From: Amphiscolops sp. MND2022
Lineage: Eukaryota
Direction of reading: 5' to 3'
Assembly (NCBI GenBank): GCA_964187785.1
Contig: OZ076409.1
Span: 11,410,001 to 11,474,000 of the forward strand
DNA: 64,000 nt
Shown here: piece after piece, positions 26,227 to 37,272 of the stretch
Numbering within the stretch: position 1 is the first letter of the stretch
Layout: every line of letters begins with the position of its first letter
Program-made: the position numbers and the translations under genes
Notes under the pieces: generated by a model
Database searches by the model: none
What the model was told of the DNA's origin: nothing
What the model saw: only the letters and a program-made list of their open reading frames with translations

Positions 26227-26347
26227 GATGAAACATCTGGATGAGTAAATTTCAGAACATCTCGAAGTCATCTACACTTCATCTTCTAAGAATAACTAAT
26301 ATTTAAAATGGCAAGCAAGTCACAAATGTTGAATCATGGTGTTAACA

Positions 26348-28060
26348 CTGTACATAGCGAAATCTGTACATAGCTGAACAAATGTATATCTCACAAACCG
26401 ATCGTCACAACACGATGACGATTAATGCTAATTGGGGTACAAGTCTTCAGGACGGCGAAGCTAAGTTCATTTACAGTGGACCCTTTGGAATTTTTTAACA
26501 TCCATTCTATCGCAAAACATCAAAAAATTGAAGGTGGGACCCTTTGGGGGGAAATTTTTTTTCGATAAAAAAATGTCTCAGTGCCAAAAAAACTGAAAGG
26601 AGGGGCTCTCTTGTCTCACCCGGTATAGTATGTTACCCGAAAAAAAAGAAAAACCTTTCTGATTCAGTTCGCTAAGCTAAAAGGTTCAATTTGATACCAT
26701 AAAACTTCATAGAACTTTCAAGAACTTTTTCGGTCAGTTCGTGTGGATTGAAAAAAAGAGTCACTAGTATAGTCGCCCACTAAAATTGTTCCATTAAAGC
26801 GTTTCAGTCATGCGATATTCAGTCATCCGAAGAGCAGAACAGAAAGTAAAATGTAAATTCGAGACAGCAAAGATCACAACGCAAGGTTTTCCTGAAAGGA
26901 ACTAAAGCACAATACTCAAAACGTTTCGATGTTCATGATGTATGTTGTGAACGTCAGATGTAAAATAATGCAACTCCATCATTCAAAACAGCAAGTTTCA
27001 AAACCAAATTTTCAAAACTGCCAGAAATCATAAAATAGTCAACTAGGAAAGTTTTTCAGAATTTTTTCATAGTTTTGAAAAATGCTTGTTTAGAAGTTCT
27101 GTAACAAAATCACAAACGTTAGAAATGGTAAATTTCGGCAAAAATTAATCAAAAAATATTTTTTGTAAACTAGGTGAAATTCTGGGAAACTTTTATGCCA
27201 GGTAAATTGTTGTATTTGTGACAGTTTACGAGATAATTGGGTTTGAGTTTCGATATTTCAAGCAATGGAGTTGTGATACTTTAGAATGCTACTGCATAGC
27301 CTCAGCACTTATTACTTATGTAAATACCTATTTGTCCAAAAAATACAATTCTGATCGCTTTGTACAAGAAGTTACCAGACATTGCACTTAAGCAGTTTCG
27401 AAATTCACAGATGCTGATGGAGTTCATGATCTTGTTTCTCACATCAACATCCAAGATAATTAAGCAAAATCATCTGAAAAACTACGATATCTAGGTATAA
27501 CATAGCAGTTAGTTTCAAGATGACCCTTTTGTATCTTCTCGAGATTACGAGCCTTAACGTCATAGATAAAAATTCTGAAAGCAATAAGTTCACGCAATTG
27601 GTCAAAGTTTGTTCAGCAGAGGAAACTGCTTCGATGTCACATGTAAATTTTTTTAACTCCTGCTTTTGAGTACTACTTAAAGGGGTCTCGAACGAGAAGT
27701 TTACAATAATTGTAAATTGAATAAAGTTTCGAGGTATAAATTCAATTTTCAATTCTCAGGGACTAAAATGGGAGTCATCATCTGTCATTTCCCCTGGCTC
27801 TGAAACTTCTTCGAAAAGAAAGTCAACTGCAACGTCATCCAACTCATCATATGGGTGAATGCCAAAATTTTGATTCTGAAAAAACGGTCCTTGTTTTATG
27901 TTCGTCGTATACGCCCCCTCCCCAAACTTTTGATCACTAAAAATTCAAAAAAGAGGGAGCTTATACGCCGGAATATACGGTAGCATTAATCGTCATCGTG
28001 TGGTGACTATCGGTTTGTGAGATATACATGTGTTCAGCTAGACAGACATTGCTGATACAG
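26348..28060. repeat. Long imperfect inverted repeat pair (~26348-26430 and ~27981-28060) enclosing other repeat fragments
   Basis: TAGCTGAACA...GATTAATGCTA is reverse-complemented at 27981-28040. The interior holds a HINE fragment (~26478-26785) and a Tc1/pogo-like end (CTTATACGCCGGAATATACGGTA, ~27960-27982). Confidence 0.5.
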
Positions 28061-31000
28061 ATAGCTTGATTTATAGCTTAGATTTAATTGAACATCTTAG
28101 ATACCTCTATTTTATCAAAACTCTAAAAATCAACAGGCAGTTTATCTGGTAAATAAAAAAAACTGCCCCGAACATTACGTCAGACGTCAATTGTATTCAT
28201 TCACAGCTTCAGACAAAAAAACATTCTGGAATCAATTATTTCAAAATTATACAGCTAAGATTATTTATGGAATTGGAAAGCTGCAATTATAGATTCTTTG
28301 ATATTTTTATTTTTAGATTGAGATTATCAAAAATTTTCTATTTTTACAGCTAGGCTGCATTTGTGTTACAGAAATAAAAGTTTACGAAGAGAAATGTTTT
28401 TTAGAAATGCAAAACCCTACATTGCTTTCCAAGTTTTTTGCGAAGAAAATTTTTGCCATAATTCAAATTGAAGAGTTCTGCTCCAAGAATAGATATAGAC
28501 GTCTTTAAATTCTGATTTATTTTTAGCATAGCGGGGGATATCCTTGATGAAAATAGAAAAACTTCCTAATTAGCATTTTTTCCAAAATTCCGTTTTCGTG
28601 TAACGCTTTCATTGGGTATTTTCAAACGATAAACCGTGATGTTCTAAAATAACGCAATTCAGTGCTCTAAAAGTTCAAACTCAAACCTGGTTTTTTAAAA
28701 TGTGGCGAATATCTAATTTTATTGGCTAAATATGGACACTGATTAATTCATTTGAAAAATTTTATGCTTTAATTTAGATAAAAGGGTCCTAATTTTGTCA
28801 CTCCATTTTTGTTTCACCCCAACACGATGGACGAAGCTACAAAAAATTGGACAAACTTTCAAGGGCGGCTGATCACAGTCCAGTGGTTTCATCTGGTTTC
28901 GGGGGCAAAAGGTTATCAGTTCGAATCCCACTAACTGATTTTCTAAAATAAAAACGTTTAAAATGCCTATGACTGCCTTTTTGAGGTTTAGCAGTGAGGG
29001 GGCGTTCATCTGTTCCCAGCTGGTTCTATTTTGGATATTTTCCTATCATTACTGGAGTCATTTCCAATCCGTAGCTTCATGAAAAAACGACTTGGTGCCT
29101 ACTTATTCTGAATTATGATCGATAATCGATAGATACATTGATGCTTAGTTATAACAGGGATTTTTACAACTTGTTAGGGCCCCAAAAACCCTGGATAATT
29201 TTGTCAATTCTCTTAGGAATCGACCAAAACGGCTTCGCTGATGTAAAATACTGTTAACTTCCCTCTCAATAGCAACCCATAAATCATCCAAATTGTTGAG
29301 GCCGCCTTTCTGATAAAACCTCCTTCCAATAGCCACAAATTCCCTTTTGTCGTAATTGCAGCTAATTGATTTCTCATTTTTGCTAAACAAGGTTGGTCTA
29401 TGGAAGTATTCGTATCCTGAGACAAAAGCTTTCAAATCAGAATGGAAGCCATTCGAGCAAACCAAATTTCCACGAACGCAATTAGCGCTAAAAGGTGTAA
29501 AGAGTATTCATCTTTACATTGCTGGAGGCTACCGAAAACCTACGTTTCTATTGAAAATTAAGTCCGTATTTTTGAGTGTTTAACGCTTCATTACTTCATT
29601 AGGCAGCATTCAATCCAGAACCAAACCCTCTATTCAAAACAAAACCTTTGCTTGGATTCTTCGGAAGTCTGAAGGTTGGAGCTTACTCCGGTTAGGTACA
29701 GGAATCGCTGTAAAAGCATAAAACAAAACACCGCCCACTGATTACCGGAATTTGGCCGCCCTCCAATGACAAGCTGAAAGAAAATTCTTTTTTTTTGTAA
29801 AAATGAGGCTAAAAATTTAGGGCTGTTTCTACGCGAGGCGAAGTTTTCCGACGGAAGCCACCAAACTTGTCGAGCTGATCTCGAAATAGTAATTTGAAGG
29901 AGCTATTTTTGAGGTATACTGAGAATCGCACTGATGAAGTTAGTGGAAGCACCCTTCAATTCTTTTTGCTATTACTTTTTCGGTTCGTTTTCACAATATT
30001 TAGGATCAACTAAAACTACGGCTTCTATTCGAAAGACAGTAGTTCAGTTTGAAGAGATGCCGTTGCATCGAACCCACAATCTAATGCCTGCGAACTTTTC
30101 GAACAATTATTTTAATCAACTGTCTTTCTTGTCAATAACATACCACTAAATGTAACATCCAGCAACTGATTGCAAAATTTCGATGAAAAATTCGAAATGT
30201 GTGATAACAATTGAGATCATTCAAAATGGCCGACCTGGCAGGTGCAGAAAATTGAAAAGGAATACGAAAAAAACACAAAACACCCCACCCCCAGACCGAG
30301 AGAGTACATCCCGCCATAGAAGTATCCCCGAAATCGCCGCGCGGTGCCATCCCCCTCGGAAGACGTCCCAGCTAACAGCAGACCCCGAAGAATTGCCCAA
30401 GAGATGAATAAACTCAGAAGTTTGCATATTTTGCATGTGGCACCTCGCAAGTCCAAGACTCGCTGACACTGATGCCTGATGTTTCCTTAGTCTGTTGTAC
30501 CGTATTTGTGGTTTTTGCTGGTATTTGGTGATGTTTGAGCTAGTAGGTCTCTATTTTAGATCATATTCCCTCAATAAAATGCACTTTAGCTAAACACCTG
30601 TTTTTGGACATTGGGAGTATGTAGGAAGTCGTAGGAACCTTAGGATACGTTTTTACAGGCTTGTGGGACGTGTCCGGACTTTGAGTGTGCCGGCACGTCG
30701 CCTCGGAGCTCTAACTGAGGTACCTCCTTAGACGTATGAAAAGTCCCCTTCTAGGATGTACGCTGCTAGCTGGACGTTACAAAACTAGGCATGAAAAACT
30801 TGCTCAAAGTCCAACAACAAAGGGTTTATAAATGTTCTAATCTGAGACCGTACCAATGAGGGCTAATTGCTCAAACCACTACTTCCTAGTTGGGAAGAAA
30901 TTGAAGTCTACCTATTATCTTGCACATTTATTACAAAACATGTTATTCTTGCCAGTTTCTTTCGGGCCAATTACAGTCTTGCAAGAATCTTGCCAGAGCA

Positions 31001-33488
31001 AATCAAAATTTGCCCAACGATGATTAACAATCTTTTAAAACATTACAAATATGGCGACGTATTCAAAAGCTATACGAATTGTCAAACAATGTTTCCTCGA
31101 GTTTTTGTTCGCCTTTTTTTCGAAAAAAGTACGAATTTGACCACTTTAGGGTCGTTCGTGCAGCAAAGTCTGCATCGTGTACATAATATAGGTGGGTTAT
31201 TTGTTTTTCAATGACCATTAAAACTTCGTTCTAAATGTCAGTTCTTCTGTACAACGAATAAGCTTTCTGACCACATTTCTAAAATTACCCTTTTAGAGAT
31301 TGCAATTTCAGGTTCTTCGCAGTTCAAGCAAAGATGAACTGTATGAATCTAACCGTCTCCATTAAGTCTATATTGATATGATGAAATTGAGATAGTTGAC
31401 ACAAGATTTTTGCCTATTATTATATTCTCCCTTAATAAAAGCTGTCTGAATGATAATTGGTCGTTTGATTTAAAAAAACTAGTGAGGAACTATCATGGTT
31501 TATCATACGGTGATCTTCCGTTGGGAGAACATAACGAGAATTTTTCCGAACTCTCGAAATCGCAGTTCAATTCGCAAGAATCGCAAAATTTGCATACTCA
31601 CCTTGCAGGCTTCTTGTATAACAGTTTGCAAGAACAACGCACTGTTTTGCAAGCTTTTTGCAAGAGGTGCTTGTTTCATCCAATGGCTGCAACATCTCGA
31701 AAAATGTTAATAAATGGAAATACTCAAAAATTGTTTCCGAGAAGTAACCTAAGTAGCCTTATTGTTTTTTAACTCGACCCTTGTTGAAACTGCTTGAATT
31801 TTTTGCATGTACTTCAATGTTGCCGGCAACATTTATCATGATTTTCTAAAACTCTTACGGAAACTTTCATGCAAATATAAATCCCTGTTGTAATTAACTT
31901 TTATCAAGCTGCTTGAAAGATTCATCAAAGTTTCGGCGGCAATTTTAAGCTATGAAGTTTTGCAAGTTTCATTAAGCAGCAGCTATAATTTTAAAAACAA
32001 TTACGTTGCCAACAGTTTTACCGCTATTTCATTGCAAAATAACTTCAGTCGCGTAATAAACTGCAAACTAGCGTCATATTTAGCGTGCTGATGGAGAAAC
32101 GGTGATCATGTCAGATGAGTAGTTGAGAAAACAAAGTGTAAATACAAAATGATCGTGTCGGTAATAAAGTGGAAATTTATTTTCAAATTTAATTGCAGTA
32201 GTCGAAAATTCAGTGTAATTCTACATGATTTACCATCCAAAGTTCACTGAAATTTCTAGGTTTTATAAAAAAAATTACCAAGCAGGCCTGCAGCATGTAA
32301 AAAGTTCCTGCAGTTTCAACTAGGGAAGTAGCCTTACAAACACTTATTAAAGATATCTTGAAAAATACAGAAGCTGCTATGTGAAACAAATCGGTATTTT
32401 TAGGCTTTTCGGGCAAAAAACTTTTTTCTAAAAACGTATGCTAATTTTTGGAAAACTTGTTGGAACCCTGTGGACCAAGAAAATTGCACAAAGATTTTGG
32501 TTCAATTGTAAAACTTTTTATGAGAAAAATTCCTTGTTTCCTCAACCAAAATGATACCACGTAGCTTTTTATTTCGTTGTCAAACGTTGTCGTTACTTGT
32601 AAACACAAAGAGTCAAATAGCTGAAAGAATAAAAATGCTGGTTACTTTTGGTTTAATGGGGATAATTTTCTATAAAACAAACTTCATTTTCAGGGTACGC
32701 AAAGTAGCAGAATGTTGTTGCTGGACACTATGAAAATTAAATCTCACAAACATCACCAAGGTTTCGAATGTTTTTTGAACTAGCAAAAGGAAAAATGTTT
32801 AAACTTTTGAAAACTTGATTCGTTTGAGGGCTTTTTTGAACCAAAACATTGAAAATCACTTCGAGAAAACGTTCCGTTTAGCTTGTTGTTTTGTCGTTTT
32901 TTTTTCGACAGATTCATAAACACAGTATCAATTCGAACTTCATCGAAATATGATTTAATCAAACACTCGCTCGCTCTCTTCTGATTTTTTGTAGCTTCTA
33001 ATTTTTTCAACCAAAAATTATTCTAAGTAGATATATAATTGGTTTTCGAACTCTTCGGTTTTCAAGACCGACCAAACTATCCAGTAGGTGTACAAAAAAA
33101 TCAAAAACTCTTTGCTTTTTGGTGTTTGTTGAGTGTTTTTAAAATTTGCATCTAACATTCGCACAAACATTGCAGGAAGTTTTTTGAAAAAAGAAAAGCG
33201 GCACTTTTTATAAACTTTTTCAGAAAAAAAACGCAGATTTCACACAAATACATAAGTTACGAAACTAGATTTCTGATTGTTCGATTCTGTGGAAGAACGT
33301 CTGTCGTTTGCGTGTAATTTTCGCGGAATTAGAAAAAAAACGCAACTCAATTCGTAATTTTTCCCATATGGAATTATGTGCAGAAAATAACGAACATGTG
33401 AAGCTTCTTTTGGACATTTATTTTAATTAGTTTAGTTAGATAAATGACCGTGATTCGTATTGTTGTAACCAGTGCTGGTCTGGTATAT

Positions 33489-33903
33489 CTATTGGACAAG
33501 CCTAATTGTTGTTATAAACTTATTGTTACGACTATTGTTCGGTGTTGTTTTAGAACTAGTCGCAGTTCGTGTCTTGACTGGGGTGGACGTTCTTGTTACG
33601 GAGATGTTTTCTTGGTCAGAATCAGAATCTTGTATGTTCGAACTAACTGTGCGTTTCTTGTTCGTAGGTGCTATTAATTTGAGCATTTCCTTTTGATTTT
33701 CGGCTAATATCTTTGTTAGATCAGTCATTATTTCTTTCCTCAGAGTTGTTTTCATTTCCTCCAGGTTTTCAAGCTCAAGTCTAGGATTTTTACTAGAACT
33801 AGGTATCAGGTTTTCAATAGAGCCATTTTCATTCAGAGAAACTTCGAAATCTCCTGACACTAACTCAGCTACAGCTTTCCTCTTCTGGCTTCTAGTTGCC
33901 ATT
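33489..33903 (-). CDS. Copy of the Gag N-terminus (MATRSQKRKAV...NNSRN) in the 3' LTR, reading into flanking DNA
   Basis: Nearly identical to the first ~126 aa of ORF 46682-48166 and diverges exactly at the LTR end (33524). Confidence 0.85.
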
Positions 33904-35868
33904 TTGATTGAGAGAGAGAGAGAAAGTATCTTTGGAAAAGTTGAATTCTTCAAAGATTTAAGTTTTCTTTTGGATACGTTATAGTAACGGAACAAAACTG
34001 ATTGTTACAAGGCAAGTCAAAAAATTGTAACTTTACATGTATGTACTACATATTTATACTTTCCCAGCATCATTTGTTCCTCACCTAAAAATTCCTAGGT
34101 ATCACAAAAATCGGGTTTGTTCAACAAAAAGCGCTAATGATTCATATCATTTCAGTGCCGCGTCGTAAAATCAGGCTTCAAAATTCCTAGTTGCGTCAGC
34201 GTCCCGTAAAATTTGTTGAAATCATTTTTGTTCAGGCAATCCCATTTCCTGTTTAAGTCTCAAAATTGCGGTAAAATAAAAGTCTAGCTTGCATTTTCAT
34301 CAGCGTAAGCACGCCGACATGAACAATTAGTCAATTTTCAATTTGGGAAGCTGAGATTCGAAGCAACAGAATGACACTCAAAAATGGTGACGGAATGACG
34401 ACGGAATAAATCAATTTGGAAGCGGATGAAAAACATGGAAATTTGGTATAAAGGAACAAACGATGCTGAAATTATAATCTCAAATTCAAACATATGAATT
34501 ACCTGCTAATGGTATGCTATATTGTTTACATTGAACACAAATTAAGTCCAAACGGGACTTTAACGGGATACAACAAAGATGAGCGCAACATATTCGTAAT
34601 AATAAACGGAAAGCAACTTCAACACTTTGCACAATAATCATGAAATTTATCAAAACATAATCGAAATCTGGTCATTAGCCCGATTGTTATTATCATAAAA
34701 TACAACTGTCACTACTGACTTGAAGCCGATGAATTGACGTTGACCTTACGTCCTATGTTAGGATTATTGTTAAGATATTTTAAGTGCCGTAGTAAATCAA
34801 GTAGATTTGTTCCCTTAAGGAGGAACTAAGTAAGGCGTAATGTCAACGTGTTTTAGTGATTTACCATGATGATACAAATCCAGAACATAAAATTACCATT
34901 GCAATTTTCTATCATTCTTCCTTACAGTACAGTTTTCCTTATGTAAAATCATAACTCTTAAATCTTTCAAATGCATCGATTTAAAGGGCTTCGTTTGGAT
35001 TTCGTTTGAAGCAGTATTTTTCATTTGCGATTTTACAATTCGCTCCGTAGGTGCTACGTATTAAGATTATCTATAGCAGAACAGCGGAATACAATTTTAC
35101 AATCCGCACCGTAAGTGTTCCGTACGTATTGAGATTGCTCATAGCTTAGCTGTCGGACCAAGCGGAGAGAAAGCGGAGTGCGTAGGTGAATTCATTCTCT
35201 TTCTCTTATTCCAATTGGTGTTGCTAGGGGCAACCGAAATTGATTCTATTTGACTTAGCTAAGAATAGTTCTATCAATAGAGTGACGTTATCGGTCCGTA
35301 GAAGCAAAATTCCTAATATTAGCTCAGTAGATTGACGTTGCCATAGCGTTGTAAATATTTGCCTAAATCACTTGGCTGTGCTTTAAGTGAATATTGACAA
35401 CCACTTCATCTCTGGAAAACAATTCCGCTCTATTATTTGTCTGTTCTTTTTCATTTTAGATTGTATGAATTCCGTTGGGATCTCGGAATTGAATTTTATT
35501 TTAATGTTTTCATTTTAGTGTGGACCAGTGGAAAGAATGATCCCAATTATAAATGTTCATTTTAGTGTTTAGATTAGTATGGCAGAAAATCAGAAGATCA
35601 TACCGGAAGTGAAAAATCTTATCACGCACGGAGAATATTTAACCGGAAGTTTTAGCTAAAAATCATTTCTGAAGAGTGTTCCGTAACGTTTACGTTAGGT
35701 TTTGTATTTGGAAAATTATCTGCAATCGATTTAGCTGTACTGTAAGTAGAATTTAGATTAGTTTAAGATTAGTTTAATAGAGTTTACCTCGGCCTTGTCC
35801 TCGGCCTCTTCCAAAGCCGGGTATGCCGCTACAGCAATAGAAATTACGACCGGGAGCGGGTCGTGACA
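33524..35868 (-). repeat. 3' LTR of element B (2345 bp)
   Basis: Near-identical to 47788-50124: about a dozen substitutions plus 2-bp and 6-bp indels, counted by eye. Confidence 0.96.
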
Positions 35869-36679
35869 GGGCTCCTCTTGAACCAAGAGACAAGGGTAGA
35901 GCGTTGCAGTGTGGGATCTCTTTTCCGATAATGATTGGGGGACGTCCGTTGTGTAGCCGCCTGCCGCGAGCAAGACCTCTGCCCTCCTTCATCTTGGCTA
36001 TGAGCTTTTCTTCTTCTTCCATTTCGTGACTTTCCTTTTCTATTTGCGCCCACACAGCAGGACAAAATTCGGGTGGCCCACTTGGCTTGCTCGAGTTGCC
36101 CAATGTACAGTTGCATTTTTCTTTTCCCTCCGTAGGGGGAACGTTTTCGTTTCTGCGGGGTAAGAATGGGGGTTGTCTGGGGCATTCCATTGCTTTCAGG
36201 CCATGGCCACGTCTGGCGGTTGCGGAGAACTGACGGTCTTCTAAATCTAAGTTGTATAGAGCGTCCAGATCTGCTAGCGGGGGTTCATTTAGGTCATTCA
36301 GCCTGACCGTATTCGGTACTCTTTCATTTCCCAGCAAGGGAATTTTACCTTTCGGAGTGGACGCGGTTTCTGCCCGAGAGGACTGTTCCTGCGGGGAAGG
36401 TGGCTCTTCGTAGTAGTCATCTGTGTCCGAATTGGCTGTTGACAGGTTGAACGTGACTCGCCCGAACTTCTTTTTCTTTTTGGGGGTGGGCCCAAATTTC
36501 CTCGGGGAGACATCGGAACCAAAAGAAGACTCTAAGTCTGCGTCGCTCCCGCGGTAAACTTCGACCGAGGAGTCACTTAGAGTTCCTACCGTATTCAGGG
36601 GCAGCGTTTTCAGCGGAGTGCTCGTGCGATTATTTTCCTCATCAGAAGAGATGTCAATAACCAAGCTGTATCCGTTCAT
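35774..36679 (-). CDS. 3' sense accessory ORF of element B (301 aa, low complexity) crossing the PPT into U3
   Basis: Intact ATG-to-stop ORF. N-terminal LVIDISSDEE, basic PKKKKK stretch and RG-rich tail. The last ~31 codons lie inside the LTR. Confidence 0.75.
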   Translation of the reverse strand: MNGYSLVIDISSDEENNRTSTPLKTLPLNTVGTLSDSSVEVYRGSDADLESSFGSDVSPRKFGPTPKKKKKFGRVTFNLSTANSDTDDYYEEPPSPQEQSSRAETASTPKGKIPLLGNERVPNTVRLNDLNEPPLADLDALYNLDLEDRQFSATARRGHGLKAMECPRQPPFLPRRNENVPPTEGKEKCNCTLGNSSKPSGPPEFCPAVWAQIEKESHEMEEEEKLIAKMKEGRGLARGRRLHNGRPPIIIGKEIPHCNALPLSLGSRGALSRPAPGRNFYCCSGIPGFGRGRGQGRGKLY

Positions 36680-37272
36680 CTTGTTGAGAATTTCAGATTG
36701 TTTTATTTCAAGGATTTTCCTTGTTGGTGACGATTGTGCGTTAAGAAAATTGTGCTGGTCAAGCTTTATGAAGATTGGACGACAAATGACCGTTTCAAAT
36801 TCTTTCTTACATAATTTTTATCGAAATTCTATTGGTCGGTTTTTCCGTTTTCGTTCCGGTGCGTCCCGAGTTAAGAAAAGAGATTTCTTTCATCTGCGCA
36901 GTGATTGGTTGAAAACTCATAGAAAATCTTCTAATTTTATCTTCTTTCTTCTTTCTGTTTAATGGCGTAATGACGTCATTGATTTTTCTCGAATGTTCTA
37001 CGTTCATATTCCGTAATTTTCAAAATGCCATCTTTCCTTCAGAGCTTCTTGATGAATCTTTTATTCATCCGTATGCTTTTTGGAACGTTTTGTCCCGTCA
37101 CTGCCGTAATAGGCTTTCACTGAAGTTGAAGTTTAGATGATTTTTCAATTACGTAGGGATGACGTTGATGATTTCTTTTAGGGTGTCAACTTTTACTCGA
37201 CGTGATTTCTATTTTGTTGATTTCTTTTTCCTTTTTAGATTTCGTTGGCAATCGCTATTGTCACTTTTGGTC
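36680..37272. promoter_or_regulatory. Putative bidirectional internal promoter region
   Basis: Lies between two divergent start codons (36679 minus, 37273 plus). Contains palindromic ATGACGTCAT (36970-36979) and several ATTGG/CCAAT motifs. Confidence 0.5.

Noticed and set aside
30367..30773. Possible small MITE (CCAGCTAACAGC / GCTGCTAGCTGG)
   Set aside because: Only a short imperfect inverted repeat, with no clear TSD.
28743..32000. Short ORFs that could be host exons (29145-29465, 30867-31214, 31410-31772)
   Set aside because: No recognisable domain, and I could not build a consistent exon chain.
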